DNA from: Massalongia carnosa | Taxonomy: Eukaryota | Assembly (NCBI GenBank): GCA_965645245.1 | Contig: OZ287080.1 | Span: forward strand, 496,001 to 560,000 | DNA length: 64,000 bases | Direction: 5' to 3' | Shown here: piece by piece, positions 24,250 to 37,636 of the stretch | How positions within the stretch are numbered: position 1 is the first letter of the stretch | Layout of the letters: each line of letters begins with the position of its first letter | Translations under genes and position numbers: made by a program | Notes under the pieces: model-generated | The model's input: the letters and a program-made list of their open reading frames with translations, nothing else | Databases searched by the model: none | Told to the model about the DNA's origin: nothing

Positions 24250-26900
24250 TCCTACGAGCGAGCAAAGTATTAAACAAACGAGGAACAGGAATGCTAATAA
24301 AAGACGAGAGGTAGGAATTTGCTGGCGGGAAGGGGAAAGGAAGAAGAGAAAACAAGGGGGACGAGAATGGTGAAAATGAAATTAAATAAAATTCAGAAAT
24401 CGATGGAATAAAAGAAACAGGCGAGGAGAGGAAAAGAACAAGTCTAGAATGAGCAAACGAGTATAAGACCTACTTCTCAAAAAATTCCGGTTGCTCGGGC
24501 AGGGGGTATAAGTATTGAATGAATGATTAAATAGAAACTCGCAGCTGCCGAGAAGAGGAAAGCCTCATTTTCCCATCTCTATTTCTTGTTCATTTTTCTC
24601 AAATTTGTCTATATGTGGGATTTGCGATACATATGTACGTACCTGGGTACTACATTTTATGAATTGATTTAAGAAAGGGGAGGAGAAAGATTATGCAATG
24701 TATTGACGCATCGGGTCGCCCTCGGCTTCAGTTAGGTAGTAATGTACCTGTCTCTTTCCCTCCCCTTCCCCTCGCTCTTCTCCCCCCCCCCCAAAAAACC
24801 TTACCAAAAAAACCTTTCCTAATTATTAGCTAGCTAAACTACTTTCCTCCCGATCCGTCCACGCATCCATGCATTCGATCCTCTTTCGTTCCATCCTATT
24901 TTAGTTCAGTGCTAGAGCCTACGAGAAAAGCAGGAATCGAGACGGAAGACGTGAGAACTAAAAGTGGGCAGTGGGCAGTGAAATGCGAGGAGTTGGAATC
25001 GAAATCAAGAAGCGATTAAGGGAAGGAGGAGAGGGGGTAAATAGCACAAGGGGGGAGGAATTGATGCTTAATGCGCGCCATGGAAGCTTTTATGGATTGA
25101 TTGCTTTGCTTTTTTGGTGATGGCGGGCTCCCTTTTTTTTTATTTTATAGAAAGGGGGGAAGATACTTGGATTTTGGGACATGATGAGATGAAATGGGAT
25201 GAGGAAGATAGAGAAGATGAGATGAGATGAGATGAGATCAAAGGACAATAAAAAAAGAACAGAAACCATGTTCTTTCGCGCGAGATAGGAGGAAGTGTTA
25301 GAAAACTACACTTCATCATTCCTCTTTTCAGTATATTTTTTTGAATAAACTATGCGTATTCCTAACCCCTTGAAGACCGCAGCTTCTAGAATCCATCTCC
25401 CCCCTCCCCCCTACCTTTTATCCACTCTATCCCCCTATTTTCAGTTCTCTATCATCTTGAAAAATGCCAAAATTCCCCGTCTCTATCTGCATCGCTTGGT
25501 TATGCCCTGTCTATTGAGAAAAGTTGGAAGCGGTAGAAGAAGAAGTTTGGGGTATGGATGACGCCCCGAAGACAAGGATGGGGTGGGGTGGGGTGGAAGA
25601 CGTTATGGGTGGACGAATGTATTGTGTGTGTGCCTGTAAGACTAGGAGCTGGAGGGCAGTCGGTGGCTGGATTTTTAGCTCAAAGGACGAAACGGAGACG
25701 AAGAAGAGAGAAAGGTGGGGGGAGGATTTGAAAATAAGGACCCTAGCTAGGCTAGGAGACGATGACGATAAGACAGATAAACCTGAAAGACTACAGATGA
25801 AGAAGATCGATCACTCACTACTACTCAGGGAAATTTGGGCTAGATCAACCCAGTTGAGTTGAGGTGGAGCTGGATGAATGGATGAATGGGTAGATGGAAA
25901 GATCGAGACGAGCGAGCGAACAACAAACATAAGCGTGATGATGTGATCTGAAATGGAGTATGCGTATGGAAGAAGATAGATAGACAGACAGATAGAAAGA
26001 ATATTGATAGACAGCCAAACAAACAAACAAGTAGACAGGAAGATAAAAAGACAGATAGACACATCCACTCACCCACCTCAGCCAATACCGAAACCACCTC
26101 CAGGAAAAGAATTGCCAAAAGTGCCCAAATACCTCTTGAAACAACAAACAGATCGATGAAAAAAATCCAGATCCAACACCATATAAGTGGAAGCCCCCAC
26201 TCGGAGAAAAGAACACGAACGGACCCGGGTCTTTTCTTCTGCCGAATAGTTTTCGCATGTTAGCTCGATTCTTGCTAGGCATTTCTTCCTTTTTCTGTTT
26301 CTTGATTTCTTCAGTAGAAATGGAATCCAAATAAGGTTGGAAGGATAGCTTTTTTTTTTGTAGAATTAGGCATTGAGGAATGTCGATTGAAAATTAATTG
26401 ACGAGAGCAATAAATATATTAAGTTAAGTAGAAGAAGAAAAAAATGGAAAGTAGGAAAAATGGAAAGAAGGGGGATATGGTTGGGAGGAATGGGGGAGGG
26501 GGAAGGAAATGAACGGATGGGTCCTGAAGGAGAGGCGGGGAAAGGAAGGGGAAGAGACAAGTTCTTCGAGAGGGAAAGAGCGACATTTCCCTTCCCACAC
26601 ACCAAAACTCCCAGATCTAAGGGGGAAAGTCATACCGAATGAGCCTTCGAAGCAAAAAGAGAAGAGGGGAAAGAAGACGAAAAGGAAGATATTTTAGAAC
26701 TATTTTTTGGGGGCTTGTTTATCTATTTTCGAAAGATACAGAAAACAGGAAAAGCACCCTGTCTATCAGACGCGCGCTGAACGACCTTTTTTCCAACGTC
26801 GTTCCTCGTCTCCAGATCCTGGTTGTTTCTACGAAACCAATTCATCCACATGGCTGACGTCGCGCGATTCGTCTAGGCAAAAGAAGACGGAAAATATGAC
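24250..26900. repeat. Low-complexity, microsatellite-rich intergenic desert
   Basis: GAGAT, AGAC/AAAC repeats, poly-purine tracts and homopolymers; ORFs here are low-complexity with no recognisable domain. Confidence 0.75.
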
Positions 26901-26941
26901 GGAAAGAAAAGAGCTAGCCGAGTCTGTTCGTCTCTCAATAT

Positions 26942-29384
26942 TTAGGCAGCAGCTCGGCGCACCAACTCCCCGAAGGCGCTCTCGATTGCGCTTCTCACCT
27001 CTCGATAAGTCACCACAAGCACCGTGTTCTCGTCGCGAGCTGTCAAGCAAATCTTCTCCTCAACGCCGACGTCAACCTTGTTCAAACAGGCAAGCACATG
27101 GCCCATATCGAGCACTGGCTTCTCCTGAGCGTTAACCTGATGGAAGACATAATCACGGAAGAGCTGCAGGATGTAGCGATTGCCCGTTTCGGCCCAGGAA
27201 CGGTCCTGCTCGTATTCCGGGCGCTCATTTAGGAAGTTCAGCTTGGTGAGAAGGCGGATGACGCGGGAGTTTTCGAGCTCGCGGGCGAGGTCTCCCTGCA
27301 GCTGGTCGTCGCTATGGAGGCTGGCGTCGAAGACGGTGGCCATCTCTCCCGCGATGCTGGAGAGAAAGGTCTCGATGCTTTCGATTTTGTCCCCGGAGCT
27401 ATGGTCTAGGAGCCAGGTGACTCGGTCGCGGAAGTGTGGTGTATAGGATCGGTTATATGTATCGGTCGACTTGGTGTTGTTGTTGGTCGCTAAGGTGACC
27501 ATCAGTCGGCCGAATTGGTGGAGATCTAGGCGCTGGAGGTCGTTGATACTATGAGGGGTGTCGTGCTGCACCACGTCGAGGATTGCGCATCCGTTAAGAC
27601 GAATACGGTTCTCACCGGTTAGGATGACTTTGCTGGGGTCGATGACCCTAGCGGCTAGACCGGCGGAGTGGATTGCCTTCAGTGCGTTGGCGATTTGGAC
27701 CATGTAGCTCCAGAGAACTTGCTCGCTAGCTTGCACGGTGGTGCTGCGGTTTCCGAACTGTGTTGTAGGTGTAAAGTGCTTTTGTTCGAGTGTCTCTGAA
27801 GCTGGATGGTAGTCGCTGACGAAGATCAATGAGCTGTCGCCAAATGCGGAGCTGGTAAATGCCAAATGGATGGAAACTACATTCCCGTTCCGAATTTTGC
27901 TCCAGTTCTGCTGGACTGAACGGATAGCAACCTCGGTAGGTTGATCGTTGGTCAGATGGTAGCCTGTACAAAGAGCATCAGTGAGTCTGAGTATAATTAC
28001 ATGATACGTTAACCTACCTGGAAGACGTCTCAGGCAATATAGTCTGCCATCCTCGCTGGATTCTGCCTTGAAAACCCAAGTGGCATATCCAAAAAGGGCC
28101 GCGGTTTTCTGGGTGCTAAAGACCAATGGTACCAAGGAGTGATAGTGGGCCACATTGGGAGGTAGGGTAGAATCTGATGATCTGTTAGAAAGCCGAAACT
28201 GATAAGTAATCGAAGGCGATGAAGTACTTGGAAACGTCATGAATGTCGCATCAGTTCTCTTCTGAAGCGTCTGACGTAGATCCTCGGGAATGAATAGATT
28301 ACTTGCCGTTCGCTCATTAGATCGTAAGTCTCGATGGGGGCCCAAGTTGGCATAAAGATGATACTGAAGCTGCTAAATTTTAGTCAACCATATCGGGGTT
28401 CTGTTAGTTGACAGCGCTTACTGGTTGAACGTAACTGTTCGTTCCCTGATAATAAGTCGCTGTTCCTATTGGGTTGGCGTCTTGGGCGTACGGGTTGAGC
28501 AACGGTTGCGGAGTGTGACTCGTGCTTGGCAACGATGGTGTTGGGGTGCCATAGTTATCGAAAGGATTTATGTTTGAAGTGTCGTAATTGTTGTCGCTCT
28601 AAAGTCGTGTATTAGTACTGGAAGGGGTTTTCGCTAGAGAGATCTAGAGATTGAACATAACTAGTCCGGGTGATGGCGTACGCTAAATCAGAGCATACAT
28701 TGCATGTGCTGGGATGATACAGAACTGGACAACCGAACAGATTATGTAAAAGATACGTACGGCAGATGCGTTACCGTATGGCGGTAAAACCTCTGGAACA
28801 TCGGGGTTAACCCAGTCAGGAGCGATTGGATTATAACGTTTAATAGAAGGAGTGAAAATTGGTGCAGTCGGTGCTAGGGAGTTGTCAAAATCGCTCGGGT
28901 AAGCATATACAACACAATATACCTGGCGTACTTCCCCTGGGCTTGAAGGGTGCAGCACTCGCAGCCTTTGGAGACAACCCTGTTGACTTGGACAAGACAC
29001 TGCTGCCGTTTGGAGCAAGAGACGTAGGCTGAAAACTGGGTGAATTAACGTTAAGACGTTTATGCAAGCTGTAGAATATGAGTTAGCACTTTGCTCATTC
29101 TCGTTTCGTTGAAATAGAGCAACATACCTTTCTGGCTGGGGTGCAGTGACTTTCACCTGCTCATGGCTGAACACGCAGCCTTTGTCTTCATAGCGGCAAT
29201 GGCCGTATATCGTCACGTTCCTACACAGCGTGTCCTTGGTGCTCTCTATCATCGGGTGTACGATCAGCCTAACGATCGATCGATGTCACTCACCGAATGG
29301 CTTACCTCGGCCTCTTGGGCGAGGAGATAGTGCCGTACGACGAGAATCTTCAGGCATACCTCCCAGTGCTGTTGCCATTTTCAT
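26942..29384 (-). CDS. PAN3: PAN2-PAN3 deadenylase subunit PAN3
   Basis: Multi-exon gene, start at 29384 or 29378. CCCH finger CRNVTIYGHCRYEDKGCVFSH, PAM2-like LNVNSPSFQP, LQYHLYA, pseudokinase (QIANALKAIHSAGLA) and knob domain (ELENSRVIRLLTKLNFLNERPE...WAETGNRY). Confidence 0.93.
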
Positions 29385-30381
29385 GACAGCAGTCCAGCAC
29401 CCGAAACAGTAAATCTAATACTCTGCAAGTTCTACGATTGATGTTAGTGCCGCAGGGATTGTGTCGTGTGAAATGCACCAACGTGAAGCAAATGGTCAAT
29501 AATGATCGTTGATAATGACCGTCTATCTTTCAATAACCGCCCTTTCTATCGGGGAAATGTATATAGCAAACAGGCACGATAACGCTGAACGTGAAAGCTA
29601 TGAAGGCTAGAAGAATCGCAGCAGGTAAGAAGCAGATCAAGATATGAAAAGATCAAGAGCTCGAAGCGCCGCTTGAGGGAGATTAAGGTGGGTTTAAGTA
29701 TTTTCCACGATGAAGGAGATAAGACGAGAACATCGGAAAATCACATGTCTTCAGCCAAATATTCAACCGACTTTTTGCGTCCCACAAGTTTTTTTGATGA
29801 GTATTATCTGTAGCTAAATGATGAATCCGCAAACCGATAGTACACCGCACGATGATTTTAGGCCGCATAGATCTATTCCGTGATCTAAACCGGTTTAGTG
29901 GATTTAGATAACGGTACGCTAAGACACGCGAGTTCTGAAATAGAACAGAAGGTTCGAAAAATTCAGACGTTTAAAACTTTGTTGTTGGCAGGATTGACAA
30001 GAGAATTTACCAATCCACGGAGTGAGTGCGTTTCGGTAAGAAGGCTTCAGCATTGGATAGAACGTCCCTTGTTCATGGATGATAATTGGATTATAGGATT
30101 GTTAGGTTGTTGGATTGGTGGAAAAACGCTGTGACTTAACTAGAGTAGCCCGGAAAAAGTGATCGGCAAATCTACGGAGTAAAAAGATGGCCCTCGAGCA
30201 AGTGGCGTGCCTCAGCCCTATGCTCGACTTCTTCCGGGATGCACGGATCATCTCGCCTAATAATCTACAAGGTACCTACGATTAACCGAAAAAGGCTAAA
30301 GAAACATCTCAATAACTTGCAACCTCGGGTCTGAGGCTCCCTTAACACCTTCACATCTTTTCTTCCATACGCCTTCATCGT

Positions 30382-31973
30382 ATGGCAAGCCCTGCGGTCG
30401 ACCTGGGCCAACTGAGCGAACCTCAGCGGATCGCTATCAGCACGTTTACCTCGGTCACAAACCAAGAAGCTGCAGCGGCCATTCCATTACTTCAACGATC
30501 TGAATGGAACGTACAGGTATACTCGGTACTCGTTCGATGTGCCACAGGGCGTGAAAGCTAAGACGTGTACAGATTGCGATTGCTAAGTTCTTCGATGGGG
30601 AATCGCCTGACCCTCTTGAAGAAGCTCGTGCCGCACTTGCTTCGTCATCCCTACCCGCCCAATCGGTCCGTCGTGAAACTCTTCTGAATGGCTCTTCTTC
30701 CTTCCCGAGACCAGCTGGTGTGCCTCGAGTGCTACCTGCTCCACGGATAGTACCATCACCTCGGAACCAGACGGATTTTCGACCATCACCTCTCTTCTCT
30801 ATACTTTTCACTCCGTTCAATGTGCTTTACAGGGTATTTTCCGGAACACTAAGTCTGTTCGGATACCTGTTCCCATTTCTTCCTCGTTTGATCTCTACCT
30901 TCACGACACAGAACTCGCACAGCCGGTCACCTCTAAACACGACCGGTCGAAGACCGCTAAACCCTCGAGACACCGCGGCTCGGTTTGCAAGGGAGTTTGA
31001 GGAGGAGTATGGCAGCCATGCGCTGCATTTTTTAGAGAATGGCTATGCACAGGCATACGACTTAGCGAAGAAGGATTTGAAGTTCTTGCTCGTAGTTTTG
31101 ATTTCACCCGAGCATGAGGATAATTCAACCTTCATTCGAGAGACCCTATTATCGGATGCGGTCGTGAACTACATTAATGATCCGGTGAACAACGTTATAT
31201 TATGGGCAGGCAATGTGCAGGATTCTGAGGCCTATCAGATATCCGCAGGGCTGAACTGCAGCAAGTTTCCCTTTACTGCGCTCATCGCTCAAAGCCCACA
31301 TGATTTGGCATCTATGTCGACCATTGCTCGTATTTCAGGTCTTCTCCCTTCCGCTGAATATGTGTCTCGGTTGCGAACGGCAATCAATCAGCATTCTCCC
31401 GATTTGGCCCGAGTGCGGGCCGGTAGAGCGGAGCAGCAAGCGACGCAAAACCTGCGAAACGAGCAGAACAACGCCTTTGAACGATCCCTGGCACAGGATC
31501 GAGAACGCGCCAAACTGCGGCGGGAGGCCGAGGCTGCAGAGCTGCTAGCATTGCAAGAGGCGGCGGAGAAGCGGGACTCCGCCGAACGACATCGTCAAAA
31601 ACTGGAGCAGTGGAAATTTTGGAGGGCGCAAAGACTACTACCAGTGCCAGGGCCGGAGGAGAAGGAGGCGACGCGAGTCAGCATTCGTATGAGATCAGGC
31701 GAACGAGTGATTCGTAAGTTTGCCAATGCTGCTACGATCGAAGAAGTATATGCTTTCGTTGAATGCTACGATATTCTACCGTCTGGAACACATACTCCAC
31801 CAGCGACGAAACCAGACAATTACGTGCATGAATACCAGTTTCGGCTCGTTTCTCCCATGCCTCGGGTGGTCTACGATTTGGATGATGAGGCAAACATTGG
31901 ACATAGGCTGGGGAATAGCGGGACGTTGATTGCGGAACCCATCGCACCAGACGAAGATGACGAAGACGAGTGA
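30382..31973 (+). CDS. UBA-like/UAS/UBX domain protein (Cdc48 cofactor, FAF2/Ubx2/Ubx3-like)
   Basis: Exon 30382-30516, intron 30517-30572, exon 30573-31973. AIPLLQRSEWNVQ/IAIAKFFDG, hydrophobic hairpin, UAS domain (AKKDLKFLLV, LWAGNVQDSEA), coiled coil and UBX domain (RMRSGERVIRKF...SPMPR). Confidence 0.88.
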
Positions 31974-32625
31974 ATCCATCCACCTAAAGACGAAGGAAAG
32001 GAAATAATCTACCCGGAATTTTGTCTTTTGCTTTAGTTCGTTGCGGAGTGGAAATTTACTGTATATCGAGAATGGAATCTTGTGTTGGGGTAGGAGGCGT
32101 GGAGGGGGTATTGAGGGAAACGTACGGGAGGCTAGAGTGGATGTTCGAATGGAAAACAAGGTTTCTCTGTGAGAACACCTACAGAGCAAGAAGACCTGAG
32201 CAAGTTGGTAAAATGACATCGTCTCGGTTCCATGGATTCAATTCAGCCGTTTCTAAGTACTCAGTACCCCGTAGCAGTCTAAGAGTACAGGATCGTGGGG
32301 TTTCCATCGTCGCTAATTGGTCGACGAGTTGAGGCCAGGCCCAAAGAGACTTTTGCCTGCACTAACTAGGTAAGGTTAGCTTATTAGCTCGGTAACTCGG
32401 CGGTTTTCAAGCTTTTTGCCAAGGCAGAACCCTGGTTTTGTGGGGTTCCCGGAACTGCGTCACTGCCCGCAACTGTAAGGGCTTGTCACGCATGCAAAGC
32501 TTGAAAGTGGGGGTTTGTTCTATCCGGGGATTTAGCATACATAAACACTTTCCGAACATTCAAATCTTGCAATTACATACTCCCGCTCTGATCTTCTTAG
32601 CCCGTATTTCGGAGCATTTCCAAAC

Positions 32626-34463
32626 ATGGTGCATCTAGCTAGCGTTCCTAATGACAGCGACATTGGGCACCCGCCTGTCAAGGGCATGGAGCAACTCAAG
32701 CTCGAAGAACCTGAGGAAGACAAGGCAACGATTTCCGTGTATGGCAGCCGTTTCGCCGCAGAGGAGCTGCCCAAACATTCAATGCCTGAGCGTGAAATGC
32801 CAAAAGAAATCGCATACCGTATGATAAAAGATGAACTGAGCCTGGACGGCAACCCCATGCTCAATCTTGCCAGTTTCGTCACAACATATATGGTTTGCAT
32901 ATTCATACGGCTGGTGTAGGCTTATGTTGACCTCGAAGTAGGAAGAAGAAGCAGAGAAACTCATGGCGGAAGCATTACCGAAGAATTTTATTGACTATGA
33001 AGAATACCCTCAAACAGCAGAGATTCAGAACCGCTGCGTCTCCATGATTGCCCGGCTATTCAACGCTCCCACTGAATCTGATGATGATAACGCAATGGGT
33101 ACCTCAACGGTGGGCAGCTCCGAAGCCATCATGCTCGGCACCTTGGCAATGAAAAAGCGTTGGCAGAACAAGCGCAAAGCAGCCGGTAAGGATTTCTCCA
33201 AGCCAAACATCATCATGAACTCGGCGGTGCAGGTGTGCTGGGAGAAGGCCGCAAGATATTTTGATGTGGAAGAGCGATATGTGTTTTGCACGCCAGACCG
33301 TTACGTGATTGACCCCAAGGAGGCGGTGGATTTGGTAGACGAGAATACTATTGGAATCTGTGCTATCATCGGGACTACGTATACTGGGGAGTACGAGGAT
33401 GTCAAGGGTATTAATGATCTCTTGGTGGAAAGAAACATCGATTGCCCAATTCATGTCGATGCTGCGAGTGGAGGGTTTGTAGCTCCCTTTGTTGTGCCGG
33501 AGCTTGAATGGGATTTCCGTCTGGAGAAAGTCATTTCGATCAACGTCTCCGGGCATAAATACGGCTTGGTACGTCAACCAGATTTTCAACGAGCACAATT
33601 TGAAGCTAGAGCTAATCATTCCAGGTCTACCCTGGCGTCGGCTGGTGTGTCTGGCGTTCCCCTGAATATCTTCCCAAAGAACTTGTCTTCAACATAAACT
33701 ACCTGGGCGCGGATCAAGCCTCCTTCACCCTAAATTTCTCCAAGGGGGCTTCTCAAGTAATAGGGCAATACTACCAGATGATCCGGCTTGGCAAGAGTGG
33801 CTATAGGTCTATCATGCGGAACCTTACCCGCACGTCTGATTACCTCGCCGCCGCGCTCGAGAAACTTGGCTTCATCATTATGAGCAAGCTTCGTGGGGAG
33901 GGCCTTCCGCTCGTAGCGTTCCGGCTGGACCCGAAGAAGAATCATCACTACGACGAGTTCGCCGTGGCGCACCATCTTAGGGAAAGAGGTTGGGTAGTGC
34001 CGGCTTATACAATGGCGCCGCATAGCGAAGAATTGAAACTTATGAGGGTTGTCGTACGCGAAGACTTTTCGAGGTCGCGGTGCGACTCCTTGGTCACTGA
34101 TTTCAAGATTGCTTTGGATGCGTTGAATGAACTGGACGCGAAGACGGTGAATGAGCACCAAAAGTAAGGATCGTTTTTCTTCATTTCCTTGTTGCTTGAC
34201 TGCCCTTGCGAAAGCCTTAGAAGGTTTGCGACTTAAAAGGGAGATGGAGCTAACTGTCAAATAGACGAAGTCAAAAGGCGAGTCTGGCAAAGTGGAAATC
34301 AAATCCAAAGAACCATTCGAAATACAAGGATGAAAAGCACTCACTACAAGGGAAAACTGGAAAGGTATTATCAGCCCAGTCTTAGCTTATATTCCGAGGA
34401 CTTGATGATGATGAATCGATTGCTAACAAATTTTATGCTTAATAGACACATGCCGTGTGCTGA
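32626..34463 (+). CDS. GAD1: Glutamate decarboxylase (PLP-dependent)
   Basis: Exons 32626-32892, 32942-33568, 33625-34163, 34265-34364, 34446-34463. [37 protein letters not shown] lysine in INVSGHKYG, and C-terminus LQGKTGKTHAVC. Confidence 0.95.
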
Positions 34464-34970
34464 TCACAGCAGGCTCTGTTCCTTTCGTTTCAAACCTCCT
34501 CTTGCTCACCATAAAAAAGCCCACTGGAAAGCTCTCCTCTGCCATGGCCCAAGAGTGGGTGAGAAGCGGAAGTGACGAGTCTTTTTCGAACGGTCAATCA
34601 GTTCAATCTACGTGCCAGGGGTTACGACGAGAACGATAGAATTAGATCATGAATGAACTGCCAAACATGTTTTCATTGTGCATCCATGCATATGACGCTG
34701 CTTGTATTACAGAGGGTTTAAATGAACAGATTCCTATGACAATAAGCTGTTAAAATGATACCATGTATGACAAATTCTGATATAGTATTTCAACATATTA
34801 TTCGAAACTCCCAATTTACAAAGGTAATTTTCATCCTAGCCGTCTTTTCACTTGAGTTTGCCTAAACTATAGTTAATTCAACTTAGCGACATTTGAACGT
34901 CTGTTTTTGGCGGTCGATGAGTATGGCCAAAGTTGCGAGACCTGGTTGAGTATCATAGAACTACCTGCCG

Positions 34971-36433
34971 ATGAAGAACAAGTTTAGTTTCATAACTTTG
35001 ATACTGCTACCATAACAGTGGCGCTTTGGTTTGTTCTTGATCATCTCTATGCACCCTAAACATCTTACAAGCGAACCACCCGTCTTCCCTCAGGCTATTC
35101 CCTATATAGGACATATACTTGGGCTCATTCAGCATGGAACGAGATACTACCAGATCATGAGGTGTGTGATTTTCTGGAGGATTCGAATGCTAGTAAAAGA
35201 CTGAAATACAGACTGATTCACTGTAATACCATGCAGCGCTCGTTGCAAGCTCCCGATCTATAACCTGAACATGCTTCAAGGCAGAATTTACATCGCCACC
35301 TCCCCGGAACTCATGACGAGGCGACAAGTCGAGTTATACAGCACAGTTTGAATGGCGAGCACGGTCGTGGCTACGTCATTGAGGTTTACGAAGATCTTGT
35401 CGCAGCACGAGATCAATATATAGACCAGAAATCCCTTTCAACGAAAATCCAAAGTATAGCGACTTGTTCTGGTGCGTTTGGAACCCATCGCTCATGGTTT
35501 GCTCACCCAACCACGATTTTAACAGTCCCAAAGGGAGTTTGACCATAACCTCAATCTCCTAATACTGAACATTGTGCCGGGCATACTTGCGCCGAAAGGA
35601 AACCAGGCACGCGCCGAACTAGCTGTTGCATTTCAGTATTATTTTGAATAGTATATTCCAAGGCATACCCCGAGCTCCGCAATGCTTTAAACCTGGTATT
35701 CTGCCGACACCAAGAACGGTTTATCGCCACTGAGCCAAGGACTTTTGGAAGTTGGAACCCTGCCAGGCATTCTTGCGAATACCATTCCCTGTGCCTTAGA
35801 CACACTTGTTTACATGTTCTCCGATGCAGCACTGCTCATGGATATCCGTAATAAACTGGAGGTCATTTCCGGCCGGACTTCCCCCAGCAAGATGAAGCGA
35901 GTTCTCCGCATTGTCAGCGTGCGAGAGAATTGCCATCTCCTGTATTCCACGTTCAAAGAGGTGCTTCGAATGCACTCCCAGGCGCTAGCTCCCGTTTCGT
36001 TCGTGAAGACACCGTACTTGAGGACCGTTACCTCCTTCAAAAAGGCATGGTCGTTCAGATGCCAATGGCGGTTATGCACACCGATCCTGCGGTTTGGGGA
36101 CCTGACGCTAGCGAGTTTTAGCCACGCCGCTTCCTTACGCTGAGCGTTCCCGGCAAAGGGTCTAAGGCCTATTTATCATCTTATCGGCCATTTAGAGGTG
36201 GAGCCTCATTGTGTCCCGGACGACATTTCGTGGCGCTAGAGATCTTGTCATTGACGGCCTGGTTGGTCTTGAGGTTCGATATGGTATCTTTGGAGGAGGA
36301 AGGCTGGCGTGTACCGGAGTAGAAACAGGAGAGTCTAGCTACGAATGTGTTTCCGCCTGAGAAGGATTTCAGAGTCAAGATCTCTTTGAGACAGGGCCTC
36401 GACAATGTGGAGTGGGATTTTGTGATGGAATGA
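34971..36433 (+). pseudogene. Cytochrome P450 pseudogene (CYP7/CYP8-like fungal type)
   Basis: N-terminal PQAIPYIGHILG, I-helix GILANTIP, EVLR (ExxR), F*PRRF and heme motif PFRGGASLCPGRHF. TAG stops at 36119-36121 and 36320-36322, frameshifts, and apparent internal deletions. Confidence 0.85.
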
Positions 36434-37551
36434 TTGCCATAATCATCAGATTTCTACCGAAAATAGTAGTGCCGGTATATCATTGCCATCGTACCCTTAC
36501 TGCTCGCATGCTGACACCGAATAAGGCTCAATTAACTAGCGCGCTACTATCTAGGGGTGCTTTAAGGTAATTAAAATCTGCTAGGAATTTGTGCTTTGCG
36601 CTCACTTGTCGTTTTGCCTCGCCCCCAAGATGTATTTTTTGGACTCAATGAAAAACGTGTAGCATTCTCGAATCTTCATTCACATCGCCCATGAAATAGC
36701 TGGTAGGACTTGGCTTATTATGTCCTGCTGCCATAAACTGAGTTCATGCAAGATGCGTGGTTCGCTGCCAAAAGCTTTAGAAAACAAATATCTACCTGAT
36801 GTGATTCAGCTGTCGAAGTCATACATCCAAAGGGAAGTTCAAAATTCAGTTTATAGTATTTTCCTTGTCCACCTTGGAAGTAGGCTTGATAAAATAGTTA
36901 CAGCCTCAGGAACAATGCCACCTTTGATACCGAGCATTGCTGTTGAAGAACCCATCTAAGATCATCATGAAAGGAGAAAGAAGTCAGTTGGAGCAATTAA
37001 GTCTCACCGCCTGGGCCTGCCGCTTAAGAATATAGCCATGCGAAACCGATGTCGTTAAGGATGGGGAATGGCTAGCCAAAGACCATAAATTTTCGAATAC
37101 ATTGCAAAGAACACGCATGGAGACCTCGTTTGATGTTTTGCCCTGTGCATAGGCCGAGAACGCATGCGCAGCTAGATTGAACCAAGGAGTAGTAGATCTA
37201 TCGCCATTCGATTACAGTCTATCAGGTTGCAGTAAAAAGATTAAGAAGTCATTATAGGAAGTCATTATAGGTAGGTAAGATGTGCTTGATCTCATTTAAA
37301 ATAATAGGGACAGAATATTCCCTGAAAACCTGCTTGTTATGGTACGAACCTACCCTATATCTTGTCTTCGCCTTTCATTCATGCATCTTCACTAGAAGTC
37401 CCTTTTGAAAAAGCACATCAAACAAGTGCAACACTTCTATCATTCAGCCCTACCTCCTTTCTGCTCATCACTCTCTCAGCAGTTCCGCGGAGGAACATCG
37501 TTCTTCCATATATAGTGGAATAAGACCATTCCGCTCACTAACAAAAAACCA

Positions 37552-37636
37552 GCAGAGTTAGCTCAATGGTAACGGTGGCCCGAACCCCAGCGCACGACCA
37601 ACACGGTTGTCCAGGGTTCGAGTCCCCGCTCCGGCG
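37552..37636 (+). pseudogene. Degenerate tRNA-like sequence (tRNA pseudogene or SINE head)
   Basis: A-box TAGCTCAATGG, B-box GGTTCGAGTCC and TTTT just downstream. Acceptor, D and anticodon stems pair poorly, so no isotype is assigned. Confidence 0.55.

Noticed and set aside
25352..26857. Short ORFs in the low-complexity desert (also 41.6-42.7 kb, 48.1-48.6 kb and 60.5-62.6 kb)
   Set aside because: By-products of microsatellite and purine/pyrimidine tracts, with no domain, splice or codon support.
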